Below are positions 13,135 through 25,674 of a stretch of 57,909 bases of DNA, piece by piece. The notes below the pieces were generated by a model. The model made no database searches, had not been told where the DNA came from, and saw only the letters and a list, made by a program, of their open reading frames with translations. A program made the translations under genes and the position numbers. Each line of letters opens with the position of its first letter. Positions within the stretch are counted from its first letter, which is position 1. This DNA is from Octopus bimaculoides (Eukaryota): assembly GCF_001194135.2 (NCBI RefSeq), contig NC_069005.1, forward strand, positions 76,850 through 134,758, written 5' to 3'.

Positions 13135-13731
13135 GGATCTTTTTTAAAACGGGGGCCACATTTTTCATTAACGAAACACTTTGAAACTTGGAACACTGGT
13201 AGAATGTGTCATATAAAACATCTTTTTCTCTTAGTCTTCTTAAAAAAAAAAAGAAATCCCTAAGTTATTCCATGTTAAAGTTGTCGTATTTCTGTAATTT
13301 CAACCAATCACTGACGTCCATTCAGCCGATATACATTAAGTGCCGACTACATAAACAAACGATTCTGAAACAATTCTATCGGTGATAGGGTTAGGGTTAG
13401 GGTTAGGGTTAGGGTAAAACAGCAAATTTAAAAAGAAAAAAGCAAATAAAACGAAGAAAAAAAAAAGAAAATGAAAAAAGCAAATTTAAAATGAAAAAAG
13501 CAAATAAAACGAAGCCAAAGGAGTAAATGTAAACAACTGAATACTTGTCAGTGATTGGTTGAAATTATCGAAATAAGACAATTTTTTACATGAAATAAAT
13601 TCGAATACAAAAATATTTTTCTGTTCTATAACACAAAATAGATAAGTATACGAAGTTTGAAAGTCTTTCGGTACCAAAAACACTACGTAAAACATTAATG
13701 AAAAATGTGGCCCCCGTTTTAAAAAAGATCC
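13135..13731. mobile_element. 597-bp non-autonomous DNA transposon (MITE), Merlin-like termini
   Basis: Perfect 37-bp TIRs GGATCTTTTTTAAAACGGGGGCCACATTTTTCATTAA. 8-bp TSD CAATTATT at 13127-13134 and 13732-13739. Internal perfect inverted repeat at 13296-13315 / 13547-13566. Confidence 0.93.
13386..13415 (+). repeat. Interstitial telomeric repeat TAGGG(TTAGGG)4 inside the MITE
   Basis: Direct reading; five GGG tracts. Confidence 0.95.
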
Positions 13732-14559
13732 CAATTATTTGTAGCAAATATTGAAGGGCTGAGAGAGAAGCTATGTCTGCTGGCCATCATATAAGCCTTC
13801 AAAAATAAACGACTGCATTGTACATTCTATTCAACTATACACACTCACGCCTGGTGACTTTGGTACACACACAACAATGATCTGTCGTTGTTTTGATCCT
13901 TGCTGTTCTGAACGCACACAGCAATATTGCTTTTAAGATGTCTATTGTATGATTTGTGCTAACGCTATATCATCCTTTTGGATACGATCAAAGTGTAACA
14001 TATCTCGCAAAAGATAAAAAAAAAAGTGTTTTAAAAATTCTCATTTTTGTTTTCAATAAATAGATGTTCACGTACACGCACGCACGCACACACACACACA
14101 CACACACACACGCCCCCCCATACCACACACACTCATTAATGTCCCTAAATCAGAAGATCATCAATAAATCACGAGAAAATGAATGCTTGTACAACCGCAT
14201 CCTTCCTAAGTATTAATAATTGTCGTCAGGATGTTAAAGGGAGGTTTTATTTAATAGTTGAATTAAGAGGAAGAGAAGAATGGGGAAGCGAAAGAAAAAG
14301 AAAGGCGATTTCGGTTGTAGAAGGGGGAGGGGAAGAGAAAGAACGAGAAAAAGAAGGAAACGAAAGAAGCAACGAATGAACAAAATAAAAAGAGGAAAGG
14401 ATGAAAGGGAAGATGAAGAACAAAAAAGAAAAAAAGATGAAAATGAAGAATAAAGTAAAAGAGGTTGAAGAAATGGAGAAATTTTGAGGAACTTTTTGCC
14501 CATATTATTGAAGAGAAAAGAGACGGCGGATATTTGATGATATTAATATTATATTAATT

Positions 14560-14705
14560 TTGGCACAAAACCAACAATTTGGGGGATGGGGTAAGTCTTC
14601 AGCTGATCCTTATTTCGTCGACGCCGAAATCCCTTCATGGCATTTGAACTCAGAATGTAAAGTATTTGTCCGGTGTGCTAACGGCTCTGCCAGCTCGCTG
14701 CCGTA
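14560..14705 (-). mobile_element. SINE family A, internally deleted, reverse orientation
   Basis: Reverse complement begins ggcagcgagctggcagagccgttagcacaccggac...ttctgagttcaaatgcc. Confidence 0.85.
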
Positions 14706-15386
14706 ATGTTAATACTATATTTATATTATATTAATGATGTGTTAATAATGTACACAATATTAAAAAGATATTAAGAGCAACGTTGCTGGTTTTAGCGGAT
14801 CCCTCTCACCACTCATAAAGGAAAAAGTTAACCTTCAAACGATTCGTGCAGATTTCTTTTTTTCTTTTATCTCCTCTGCTCCTCATCTACCTCCTTCTCT
14901 TCCCATCTCTCTTCATTTTTCTTTTCCATTTCATTAAATATTATTACTACTGCTTGTTTTGCCCAAGATAAATGAAAACATTGGTCTTCAAGAGATTCAG
15001 CGACGTGTTTTATTATCCTCCCAAAATATATCAATAAATTGATAAAATAACAAATAAACTTTAGAGTTAGGCTCCTTTAGAAATGTTACAATTTACGACG
15101 GCGCAATTCAGCAATGAAAACACTTTTCCATGGCTGCTGCTTCACCTAGAAATTATGTGAAGTTGTAAATGTTTATGAAACTAAAATTATTTACGATTAA
15201 AATACTTTGTCGTCGGCGATGCAATCTAAGATGAGCTCCACTTGGAATTGGTGCCGAGTTTCAAACTCAGGCAGAAGTTCCGGTTCCTCTTCTTAAAACC
15301 AGCCATCGTCATGATAAATATTTGATATTGTGATAACCTGTCTTCAACAATACAGGAACCCCAGTCAAAATGTCTTAATCCGCCTC

Positions 15387-15417
<31 letters not shown>

Positions 15418-17039
15418 CGCCCACTTCTTTTCAATTTATTTATTGGTTCCTTATTTAACAACAAAACTCCACCCAAGCCCTCATAAATAACGACGGAAGG
15501 GACTAACTTTTATAATCCAGTAAACACGATTATCTTAATTGGACGTTCGTTAAGAACACAGAACATGAAAGTGTCTATAGCATCCTCTCCTACCAAATTT
15601 GTGTTTTTTCCCAGAGTAATTCAGCTAAAATACCTGGGAAACCTTGCTTAAGGACTTACCAAGTCAATCACCACTTTTAGCAAGTCTCGTAGGACGAAAG
15701 CTTTCTCTGATGATGATGCAAGTTTTGAACTCGGATCGCACAACACCAAAATAGATAACGTAAATAGATACTTTAGACATATACGTAAGGCATCTTCCTA
15801 AAGTCTCATGTACAACCGCTAAATACTGCTATATTTATTGACAGTGAAAGGATAAAAAGCAAAGTTGACTTAGACAGGGCTTCAAATCAGTGTAGAAAAG
15901 CGGAACAAGTATAATGGGGTATACTATCCCAGACTATTAAACGTGACTCTATAGTACGTAGGAGAGGTAAATAACGGCAAGAGAAACAACCCAAAACGAA
16001 AAAGAAATTTAAAAAAAAAAAAAATAATTTTAAAGTCCGAATCAATTTGAAGTATAAATATGGAGTAGAACGAACGACAAGGAAAATAGTTTGACAATCC
16101 GAATAATACCGATTTCTGTTGCTCAACATCGACTTTTGCAAGGCACAGTATATAATGATATCGTTTTTATCGATCTCGTTGGAATACAAAAAGAAAAACA
16201 AAAATCAAAGTTACTATCTTTGACAAGAAACAAAAGCTAAAAAGGGATAAATTAACTCTGTCAAACATTCAATCCATTTACCGTCTTTGTTTATCGGTTC
16301 CATTTCCAACAGCCTTCGCCCTCAAAAGAATTTTTATAGGATTTAGTAAATAGGCATTTGCGAACCAAAAGTGTTTGAATTAATTATTATTTTTTTTTTT
16401 AGTTTCTCTTCATATATATTTTTTGTAAATGTGATCTTTCGATAATATATGTGATCGTTGTTCGTTATTATATTTTCTTTGTGTGATGCATTAACGATAA
16501 TATTACGGCAACAAAATTTTGATGGCGGTCCCCTATACAGATGACGTAAAGGTTTCGATAAACTTTTTCGATACTAATAAGCCAATGCTACGAGAATACT
16601 TTTTGTTTTTACTGAATTTATTCCGATATATTTCGGTCTTTAACATGTGTGTTAGTTGTTATCGAAGTTTATTGATCGATTAACATTTTAGATGGGATCA
16701 TATTCACAAAATGGAAACTGTGATCGTAAATCTTTTGTAAAAAATCCATGTTTACGGCAGGTCTTGCCATTTCATTTGTGTAAACGACTTCTTACGTGGC
16801 CTTGTGCTAAGTGGTTGGAAACGTGGCCCTTAAAGTATTAAGCCAGCTAGAAATAGCCTCCAACCCCCCACCAATCAATTGTGTCCTACCAACTCAACAA
16901 ATATCCAACCAGTATTCATTTATAGCTCAGTAAATTAGAGCAACGTGAAATGAAGTGCCTTGCTCAAGATTGTAACATATTGTCTCTTTATGTTCATAAA
17001 CTGTACATTCTAATCCCAAATATCATTGTTTTGGTAGAC

Positions 17040-17435
17040 CGTCTCTTTACGTTCTGGGGTCAAATCCAGCGAGGTCAGCTTTACCTTCCTTCCTTTCAGA
17101 ATTGATAAAATAATGTACTGAAGTTGATAACCCTCGACTAAACCCTTCCCCTCAAAACTTCTGGCCTTGTACCTAAATCAGAAACTGTAAAAGATAACGA
17201 GCTGGTAGAATCACCAGACTGTTGGGGGGAAAAAAATGCTAAATGCTTTTTCTTGACTTTCTTCCGTTTCTGTTTTTTTATGTTTTGAGTTCAAATCCTG
17301 CTGAAACCAGCTTAGTCTTTCATTTTTTCGGGGTCGGTAAAATATAATTAAATAAAATATCAGTACCGGGGTCAAAAGTATTGACGAACCCTATCCCCTC
17401 GAAATTGTTGGCCTTGTACCGAGATTGAATATTAT
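17040..17435 (+). mobile_element. Two tandem SINE family A copies (about 17040-17195, 5'-truncated; about 17195-17435)
   Basis: Repeated blocks gttctgggg/ttgagttcaaatcc...tttc..gataaaata..ccctcgaaattgttggccttgtacc. Confidence 0.8.
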
Positions 17436-20288
17436 TTTTGTCGTTATTGTTTTTGTAGTTATAGATGCGGGTGTTTTTGTTGTTGTTGTTAGTGGATATT
17501 ATTGAAACAATGTGTTTTGAAAGCCGTTCCTCTTTGAACTTGTTACAATATTTGATTATCTGAAGTAAATTAATTTTTTATTTTTTTTATTTACTGTCAT
17601 TTTATGGAAGGTGAAGGAGGACACGGAGGAAGGACCAGAAATTTTGTCTTTCTTATTGCCTATTGGTATAAAGAAGGTGTTGGTGGACAGGTTAGGTGGG
17701 GAATGTTCTTATATTTTAATTGGTTTTGTGATAGATCAAGGAGCCTAGGTGGTGACGGTGGGAGATGTGTCCAATAACGTGAGTAGCAATACATTCCCTC
17801 CTTCCTTCTATCGCTTTCCCACTTTCTCGATCTCTCTTTAATTTGAAACAAGGGAATGGAGCAAACAACCAAAGCAAATACAGTCTTAAAGACTCTCATT
17901 TTAATAATATCAGGAACAACAACACACATACACACTCACACACAGTACGACATAGCATCGATAACAACAACAGTAGCACCAAATAAACAACAACAACAAA
18001 ACTATTAAAAAAACCGACGATGACAATAAACAGTGAACGAGTGGAGCCTTTATGTGGTCTCTCGGTCTGCTACAACCAGCGACCAAATATCTCTTAAAAA
18101 GGAGGTTGACACACATCAGCCCCACAGTAGTTCTAAGATGCCCTTAAAACGATGGAAAGGATCATAATTTGAATCATGTCTGATGAAAGACCTGCTCGGC
18201 CCGGTATGTCTTGGAGTTAAACAACAGCGACAATGCCAGCAAGGAGAGCACATTCTTATGTGGAATTCAAAAGAAGCGTTTGTGCGTATAGATATGAATA
18301 TCTGTGACTGGCTTCACCTATAAAATTTGTAGTCCATTGTATCGAAGGTATGTATTTTCTGCTAATCTGCCAGATACATTTACTACATTTCCCTCAGAAT
18401 TCCAAGCGCACGATGGATGCTGAAATGAGAATATCTCGTCCTGAGCTGTAATTTTGAAGATTAGTCTGTCAGTCATAACACATGTTGAGTGACATATTTA
18501 TCTTTCAGCAAGTGCAGGCGTAATGATCTGTTACTTCTGATTACTTATACTTGAACGGAGCACGATACTCCAGTGTTGATTTTCCCAAATTGTTTGAGAA
18601 ACGAAGCAAGTAATATCATTTTGTTCTCTACCCTAAGCCCATAAAACCTCTTTCTTCGGAGATCTTCTGACAAACGGTATTTCATTAGTGGAACCAAAGA
18701 AAAAACCTTAAGAAAAATTGTTGAATGACGTAGAAAGTTTAAAAAAGTAAATTCCTCTTTCTGAACCCCCCTTTCGTTTTTGTATGTATTTGATGTCGCT
18801 GGGTTGTCTATCCACATCAAATTAATGGTTAATTGACCACAAGTGATGGCCGATTGACCATGAATAAGACACATGAAAATACAATCATTGTAATTAGAGA
18901 TAATATACTGTAGGTGCTAGTTACAATTCTGTTACCAGGATGTTTTATTTCAGCCATTGCTTCACTCCCCGACAACTAAATGCAAGTTTTGCAGACAATT
19001 TTACACAATCATCACAAATCTTCATTCAATATTCTGTTTGATATTTAATGGGGTTTTTTTTAAAGTTATTTTTTTATGTTGCTATTGTTAACAAGTTAAA
19101 CGCCGTCGCTTTTCTAAGATTATTTTCTCTCTTATTCAACTTGACTTCTAACACACACCTTTCTTCTCTTCTCTGAGAGAATAAAGAAGGTCACCCACAG
19201 ACACATCAAAGCATGGCTACGTTTATTCATTTCTGAAATCTCTTTTGAACTTTCGAAAAATTAACTCAAATCACTGAAAAGAACTTTTGAAAAATGTTTT
19301 TTTTTCTCTCAAAAACAAAAATGACTTTAAAGAGAAATAATTAATTATAAATTATGACAGTCCAACGTGGAAACGATATAATTTGCAAACTTTGAACATG
19401 AAATATATTAGACATTTTCCAATTAATTTATATAAAGAAAACAAGCTCAACTGAATTTGCTAAGCTAAATAAGTTATTTTGTTACTCATACTTGTTATTT
19501 AGATTACAAAATAGTTTCTAATGTTAAAGTTTATGATGGTTTAAATGATCTACAGTCATGCTAAAACATGAATGTTCCGAAAGGCATAAAATCCCTTTTT
19601 CATTTTAAAATGTTTGGGAATGTTTACAACTCGATGCACGTCAAAAGACAGCAGCATAAATAAGTTAAAACGAAATGCTGCGAAGATTGATTGATGTATT
19701 TATTGATTAGGCTTCCAGGAATTATCATGAAGTGTCATTTTTAATCTGATGAATCCAATAATCATGGAAATTTTTCTCAGCTCGTTATGCACCTTGATTT
19801 TACGTAGAACTATAGAAAGTGGGATCAAAGCGAGAACAAATCGCAGAGGTCTTCTTAGAAAATACCTCTTTCAATTGTTACCGCGGCTAAGTGCTGGTTG
19901 TTACAGGAAAGACGCGTTTTACCACTAGGCAGACTGTTCTTAATCAATGCTCACACGTTCTCAGCTATTCTACATATGTCGAGTGTTTCCAAAATTCCAA
20001 AACATGTCGTAGGCTTTTTTGAAGTGACACTGGGGTAAAATATACGAAGTCCAGTAGACTCCTCAGGACTACCCGTCTGATAAGGGTACACCAGGCACAT
20101 GCTTCACAACCTTATGTGCTCTCAGCGTATGGCTATGATGCTCCCCCACTACTTCTGCTCGTGATTAGAGATGTACATACTCAAGGGACCTGCTCAACTG
20201 GTTAAGGTCAAACAACTGACGAGCAAATCTGTGGTGTTGAGCAGAATATTTGCTGTTAGTTTATCTTTTATACCAAGGATCAGATGCC

Positions 20289-20356
20289 ATGAGAGCCACT
20301 GCCTAGTACTGCATCAGTTGCATAGCCGTGAAAGCCACTGCCTGGTACTGCATCAT
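20289..20356. repeat. 39-bp-period tandem duplication (catgagagccactgcctagtactgcatca / cgtgaaagccactgcctggtactgcatca)
   Basis: Two near-identical 29-bp units seen directly. Confidence 0.85.
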
Positions 20357-20719
20357 CATCATCATTGTTATTATTATTGTTGTTGTTGTTATCGTAATGT
20401 CCCATTCCTCAGATGCTCCTGTGGCAAATAAACGAAATTTTATTATTATTCTTGTTGTTGTTGTTACCATCATCATCATCATTATTCGGTTGAACGAAGC
20501 CAAGAAGACACTAATCAAATTATTGTCAATATTTTCCCATTTATAATGTTTAATTATCCATAGTAACCACTGTGTCCCAGATGAACGAATGCGCACAACA
20601 GCAACAACGAAAATCGAAGATCAATAATATGAAAATTAAAATGTCGGAATTATTTTCACCATTACTGGAATCACGTCTTTTCGATTTTTTTTCTGTATTT
20701 TATCTTGTTATTTTGATGT

Positions 20720-20759
<40 letters not shown>

Positions 20760-23134
20760 CGTGCTGGATTTCCCCGAGTTGATTTCAGTAATTTACTGAT
20801 AATAATATCAGCGAAACTACTGCGTCGTGTAAAGATAAGATCTTGTTTCCCGGTTTGCAGTTTTTTTTTCCTCTTATGTCCTTAATTGTGATACTCTTGA
20901 GAAAGTTACATTACCAACCTCATTAGAAAAAGAAAATAGAAAATAAAAATGGTTCCTCAGGGACGAGCGACAAAGCAACTCATTGGACAAATTGAATATG
21001 GATGTCATTTTGTACCTTAGTAATTCCTTCTGAGCATCTGTCTTGAATATTCGATGTTGTTGGGTTTCGTTTGCTCTCCCCCCTAGCTTTTCAGGGTAAG
21101 AATGAGAGAGAGTGAGGAGGGGAAAGAGAGAGGGAGAGAGGAGAGAAAGAAAGAGAGAAGTAAAGAGTGAAAGTAGGTGTGTGTATGTTATGTGTGTACG
21201 TGTGTATGTGCGTGTGTGTTGAGCAAAATAATTGTTAAGGATGATACGACTTCATTCACTACTTTGGCGCTGGTGAACTCAGCGTTTCATCTTAAAGTAT
21301 TCCTTATAATTGATGAGGCAAACAACGTGGAACAAAGAGATCAGGAGTTGACGAATCAAAGAAAATCCCATTGTTATCGTTTTTCTTTTTCTTTTTTATT
21401 TGTAACCTTAATACTTTGGAAAAGCATTAATACCGCAATTTCTCTTTCCTTGTAAACCGTCGCCCTTAATCAAAACATGATTTGATGTTTAAAATTTTCA
21501 TCGCCGGCATTTATTGAATTATACTTTTTTTTTGTTTTCCATTAACATCATGTTGTTTCCTTCTTCGAGTCATTATTCAATGAATTATGTCTTTTGTTTT
21601 TACCATATTATTTTTAATCCTCATGAGATATTCTACAATCCATAATCCTTTTGATTTATATCAACGTTTTTCTTTCTAATTGTTTGTTTGTATTTCGTAT
21701 AAATTAACTTGTTGTTTCTTCCACTCCATTTTGTATTTGATTCTCGACAAATTAGTTTCTTTTTTTTTAATTTCCTCGTATGTTTGTTTGTTATCATCCT
21801 TCTTCGTGTTCAGGTTATATTAATAAATGTATTTATTCTTCTCGTCATTATTAAACTCTAGATTTAATTTGTTTTAATTACTTAACATGGAACATCCCTC
21901 ATTAAATTCCCTACATTGAAATTAAATATAGCTGCATCATTATCAGTTATACACCCTATCCCACACTAACCCGCCACAGAACTTGTTCAATCATCTTTCA
22001 ACGCAGTTTGATTCCAGAATTAATTAGTGCCGACCATACAACGCTGGTTGACAGATGAGAGTCATGATGTTTTTATAAGGTTAATTATGGTTACATTTCA
22101 TGCTGATGAAACAAAATATGAAGTAATTCTCCAGCTTTTTCTCTCACATCTCTTTCTCCAGCTCAAACGCACATATTCTCTCTCCCTCCACCTCTCTCTC
22201 TGGCTTTCTCTATCTATCTATCTATCTGTCTATCTCTACCTCCCTCTGTAGTTTCGTGTATGTGAAAAGAGTAGTGAAACAAAAGAAATAAGAAAAACAA
22301 TAAAAAAAGAAGAAAAGATTGAGAGGCGGTAAAGAGAAATATATAGCGGGAAAATAATTAGGAAACTTTGACCAAATTACCTTAAGATTCTTCCATTTTT
22401 TGCTTTAACAATGATAAAAACGGCTCAAGCTTAAAACAAAGTCCCTTTAAAGCAAATTTAAAGCAAAGTTAATCTCCTTTTAAAAGGTGAACCCAGCGCT
22501 GAAAGCTAACGCAACACCAATTTTTCAATGCTTTCGCTTCTTAACTTCTTGAGCTACGACACCATGTACGGCTTGTTTACAATATAGTCGCTTACTGCTC
22601 AGTGTAGAGTTAATAATGAAAACAATACAGCTGGTGGATCTTCTGTCGAGTAATGTAGTGTTTACCATTAATTTTTATAATGAAATACTGGAAATAAGAT
22701 GGTGGTATGTTCATTCATACCTTTCTTGTATCGTTATGATAACGAAGAAGAAAAACAGAGTTAGAAAATCTAAACTTTTGTAAACGTAACATTCCTGGTG
22801 AGAAAATTTATGAAAGTATGAATTATTTTGCTCATAGGAGGCGTGAAATAAAAGGTACGACTCACATATGACCGGCCAGCGATCCGGTTTTGGTTGCCGG
22901 TAATAAAGATTTAACTTTTATTATAGTGAAAGATGTGAGTCACTCAAACATATAACACCCCTCTCACGTCTAAATCTGATTCTACAGACATCAATAAATG
23001 TTTGATAAATACTTATACAATTGCACCGTGTAGTTGTAATTATCACCGTGTAGAACGTACATACGTTGCAATATTTGTTTGGGACTTCATTATTGTAACA
23101 AACTATAACATTAAAATGAGATTAAAAAGTAAGT

Positions 23135-23290
23135 GATGTAGGAATGTGGCTTTGGGTTCAGTCCCACAGTGCGACATTTTGGATAGGTTTTGTACCTGAT
23201 AAATACGATGAGAAAGTTGTTTGGTAAACGGAAGGTGGGCGAAGCTCATTTAATATAGGTATAGACTGGAACAGATTATATTTTAAAATT
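23135..23290 (+). mobile_element. Degenerate SINE family B
   Basis: gggttcagtcccacagtgcgacattttgg...ttggtaaacggaa matches the reverse complement of 47905-48170. Confidence 0.65.
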
Positions 23291-23745
23291 TCACAATCCA
23301 ACAAATATGATTGTAAAAGCTACCACGTGATTGACGGTTTTGTCTGTCTGTTGGTCTCTCTCCCAATATATGTGTGTGCGTGAGTGTGTGTATAATCATC
23401 CGGGCACATTGCTGCTAGCGAGTACGCGCCCTTGAAAAGGAGTAAGAGTATAGAAGAGACGTAATCTTCTCACCAGAGTCTACGACACACACCGTTCATC
23501 TGAGTTATTTCGATGTTCCCTCATTTTCTGGGAGGAAGGTCATGGTTTACATAACTGAGGGAAAAGTATAGACCTATGATTTTGGTTCCAGTAAGCTGAG
23601 ACGGCACCTGGCACGATTCTGCATTATTTCCAAGATGGATATGAATAGAACGATCTACTCAGAACTTCTTATTGCCATCAAACTATCTAAATTCAATAAT
23701 ATAATCATTTAAAGGATGCTTTGAACATCTTGTAAATCCCGCTTA

Positions 23746-23850
23746 AGTGGATATCTGCTAGAGGAACTGCCAAGACAACGCTTAATCTTGAAGAAAGAAT
23801 CTTCCATAATTCTTTTGGGAAATTTAGATTTCCCCCGAAACGTCAAAGGT
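23746..23850 (+). mobile_element. Helitron/PIF1-type helicase fragment
   Basis: SGYLLEELPRQRLILKKESSIILLGNLDFPRNVKG resembles the PIF1 motif LPxHxLxLKxGxPIMLLRNLD. Confidence 0.55.
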
Positions 23851-25526
23851 AAAAAAAAAAGACATATAATGCATATATAGACATGTATACATCTATAATA
23901 TATGCAATACAGAGGAGCAATAGTTTTTCGACAAGTTTTATACCATACGATATTGCATTCTACCATATGATTTGCTTTCAACTTTTATTATTCCATGAGT
24001 GATGTGAATCTCCACTTGTTTGAAGCAGCAAAATACTCCATAATTTCTCTTTCTACTTATCTATCTAACAACTATATAAATTATTGATTCCCTCCACACA
24101 AAAATTCTCTTCCCACGCTAATAGCTCACCTCCCGTCGCCGCCACCTTTAGACTTCAGCAGGAACAGCGCCTTGTCTGGTATTCATAGTTGTTTCATAAT
24201 CTTGTTTGTTAAACAATAGATACCACATCAACATTAACTCGCAATAAAATAGACAATAAGGGTATCATCTACATCCACTGGGCTCCCTCTGCCGCCTAGG
24301 CACAGTGTTGTGTGGAGTTTTTGAGGAAGTTCAGGAAGACATTTCGTCGCGAAAGGCCAGAGCTCGTCTACTGCGATCAGTAGATGTTATTGAAATGCAT
24401 ACATATTGTAGTAGATGTGTAACAGGTCACTGAAATTAGTTCGTCCTATTTCTACTTTATTTAGTAGACAACAATGTGAGTTAATTGGGTGTAGACAAGA
24501 AAAAAAAAAGCACGAAACTTACAGGAATAAACTTATTTCGATCATAGAGAGGTTGTAAAGTAAAACTAACATGGCAGACATCAGAGAAAAAAGAAAATAC
24601 CAACGAAGTGAATCGACGATAAAAGATAGAATGATAAAAACTTTCGATAGCAGTGTTTGGTGTTAAATTGCTGCCTGGCTACGTTATCTGTCTTCGTTTT
24701 ACATTTTCTCTTCGTATGGCTTCCATAGGAAACCTTCCTACTTTCCGTATCTTATTATATAAGATAATTATGTTATCTAGTGATAATATTTTTCTGTCCC
24801 ATTCTATATTGCGTTACGTTACATAAACGGTCTCAATTGTTATTTGTTATAAATGTATGCTCCGCCAGCGGGCGATTGGTGTTTGTTACAGATGAAAGCC
24901 CCACGAATCGAAACAGTGTCGAAAAGATAAGCGTTTTGAGTGATACAATGTTTCTTGTTTACACAGAAATTTATAAATTACATTAGTTCATTAGTAATCT
25001 GATGATTATTAAGCGATTTAAAGGTTTATGGTCGTTGTTTAGTTATATATAGAGGCGTTTATTGAAAGAACGTAAGACTAAACGCATTCCAATCGTGACC
25101 ATCTCATGATTCTTATATGTGTGTGTATGCATATGTATATATAAGTGTGTATACATATGTATATATGAGTGTGTATGTATGTATGTATATATGTGTGTGT
25201 GTAATTGTTTTGACAAATGACTAATGGGTATTTGTCGATTAGTGTGATGATGTATTGCTAACTCCGGTCCACTGGTTACCATATATATATATNNNNNNNN
25301 NNNNNNNNNNNNNNNNNNNNNNNNNNNNNNNNNNNNNNNNNNNNNNNNNNNNNNNNNNNNNNNNNNNNNNNNNNNNNNNNNNNNNNNNNNNNTATTTGGC
25401 CATACCAGTAACCACATACAGCTTTGGTATCATCAGATGGAGTCTCGCTGACATGTGTGTACATATATAGGTGCATGCCTGCATGTGTATGGGTGTGTGA
25501 TGACTGGGAATGGATATCTTACTCAC

Positions 25527-25674
25527 ATATAATTATTCTTCTACACACTTCTGAAATAAGAATACGTATTAAATTCATAAAGTGTATACGAGTTAACTGT
25601 TTAAAATTCGACTGGAAACTCACCTTACGGCGCTAATTATCGACCACACTATGTTACACGCGGAATAGTTTCTC
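25527..25674 (-). other. Candidate exon pair (25624-25674, 51 nt; 25527-25550, 24 nt) separated by a 73-nt canonical intron
   Basis: Intron AAG|gtgagt...ttaac...tattcttatttcag|, then micro-exon donor |gtgagta. The joined frame RNYSACNIVWSIISAVRSV* ends in the micro-exon. Confidence 0.35.

Noticed and set aside
13386-13415. True chromosome end or telomere
   Set aside because: Only about 5 units, internal, and enclosed by TIRs and a TSD.
15660-15797. Minus-strand 138-nt open segment EDALRICLKYLFTLSILVLCDP... with a GTAAGT donor
   Set aside because: Poor acceptor, no in-frame ATG and no recognisable homology; within chance expectation.
18545-18874. 109-aa minus-strand ORF
   Set aside because: No recognisable domain or splice context.
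20289-20356. CRISPR-like repeat-spacer pattern
   Set aside because: Only two units with a 10-bp spacer in eukaryotic DNA; a simple tandem duplication.
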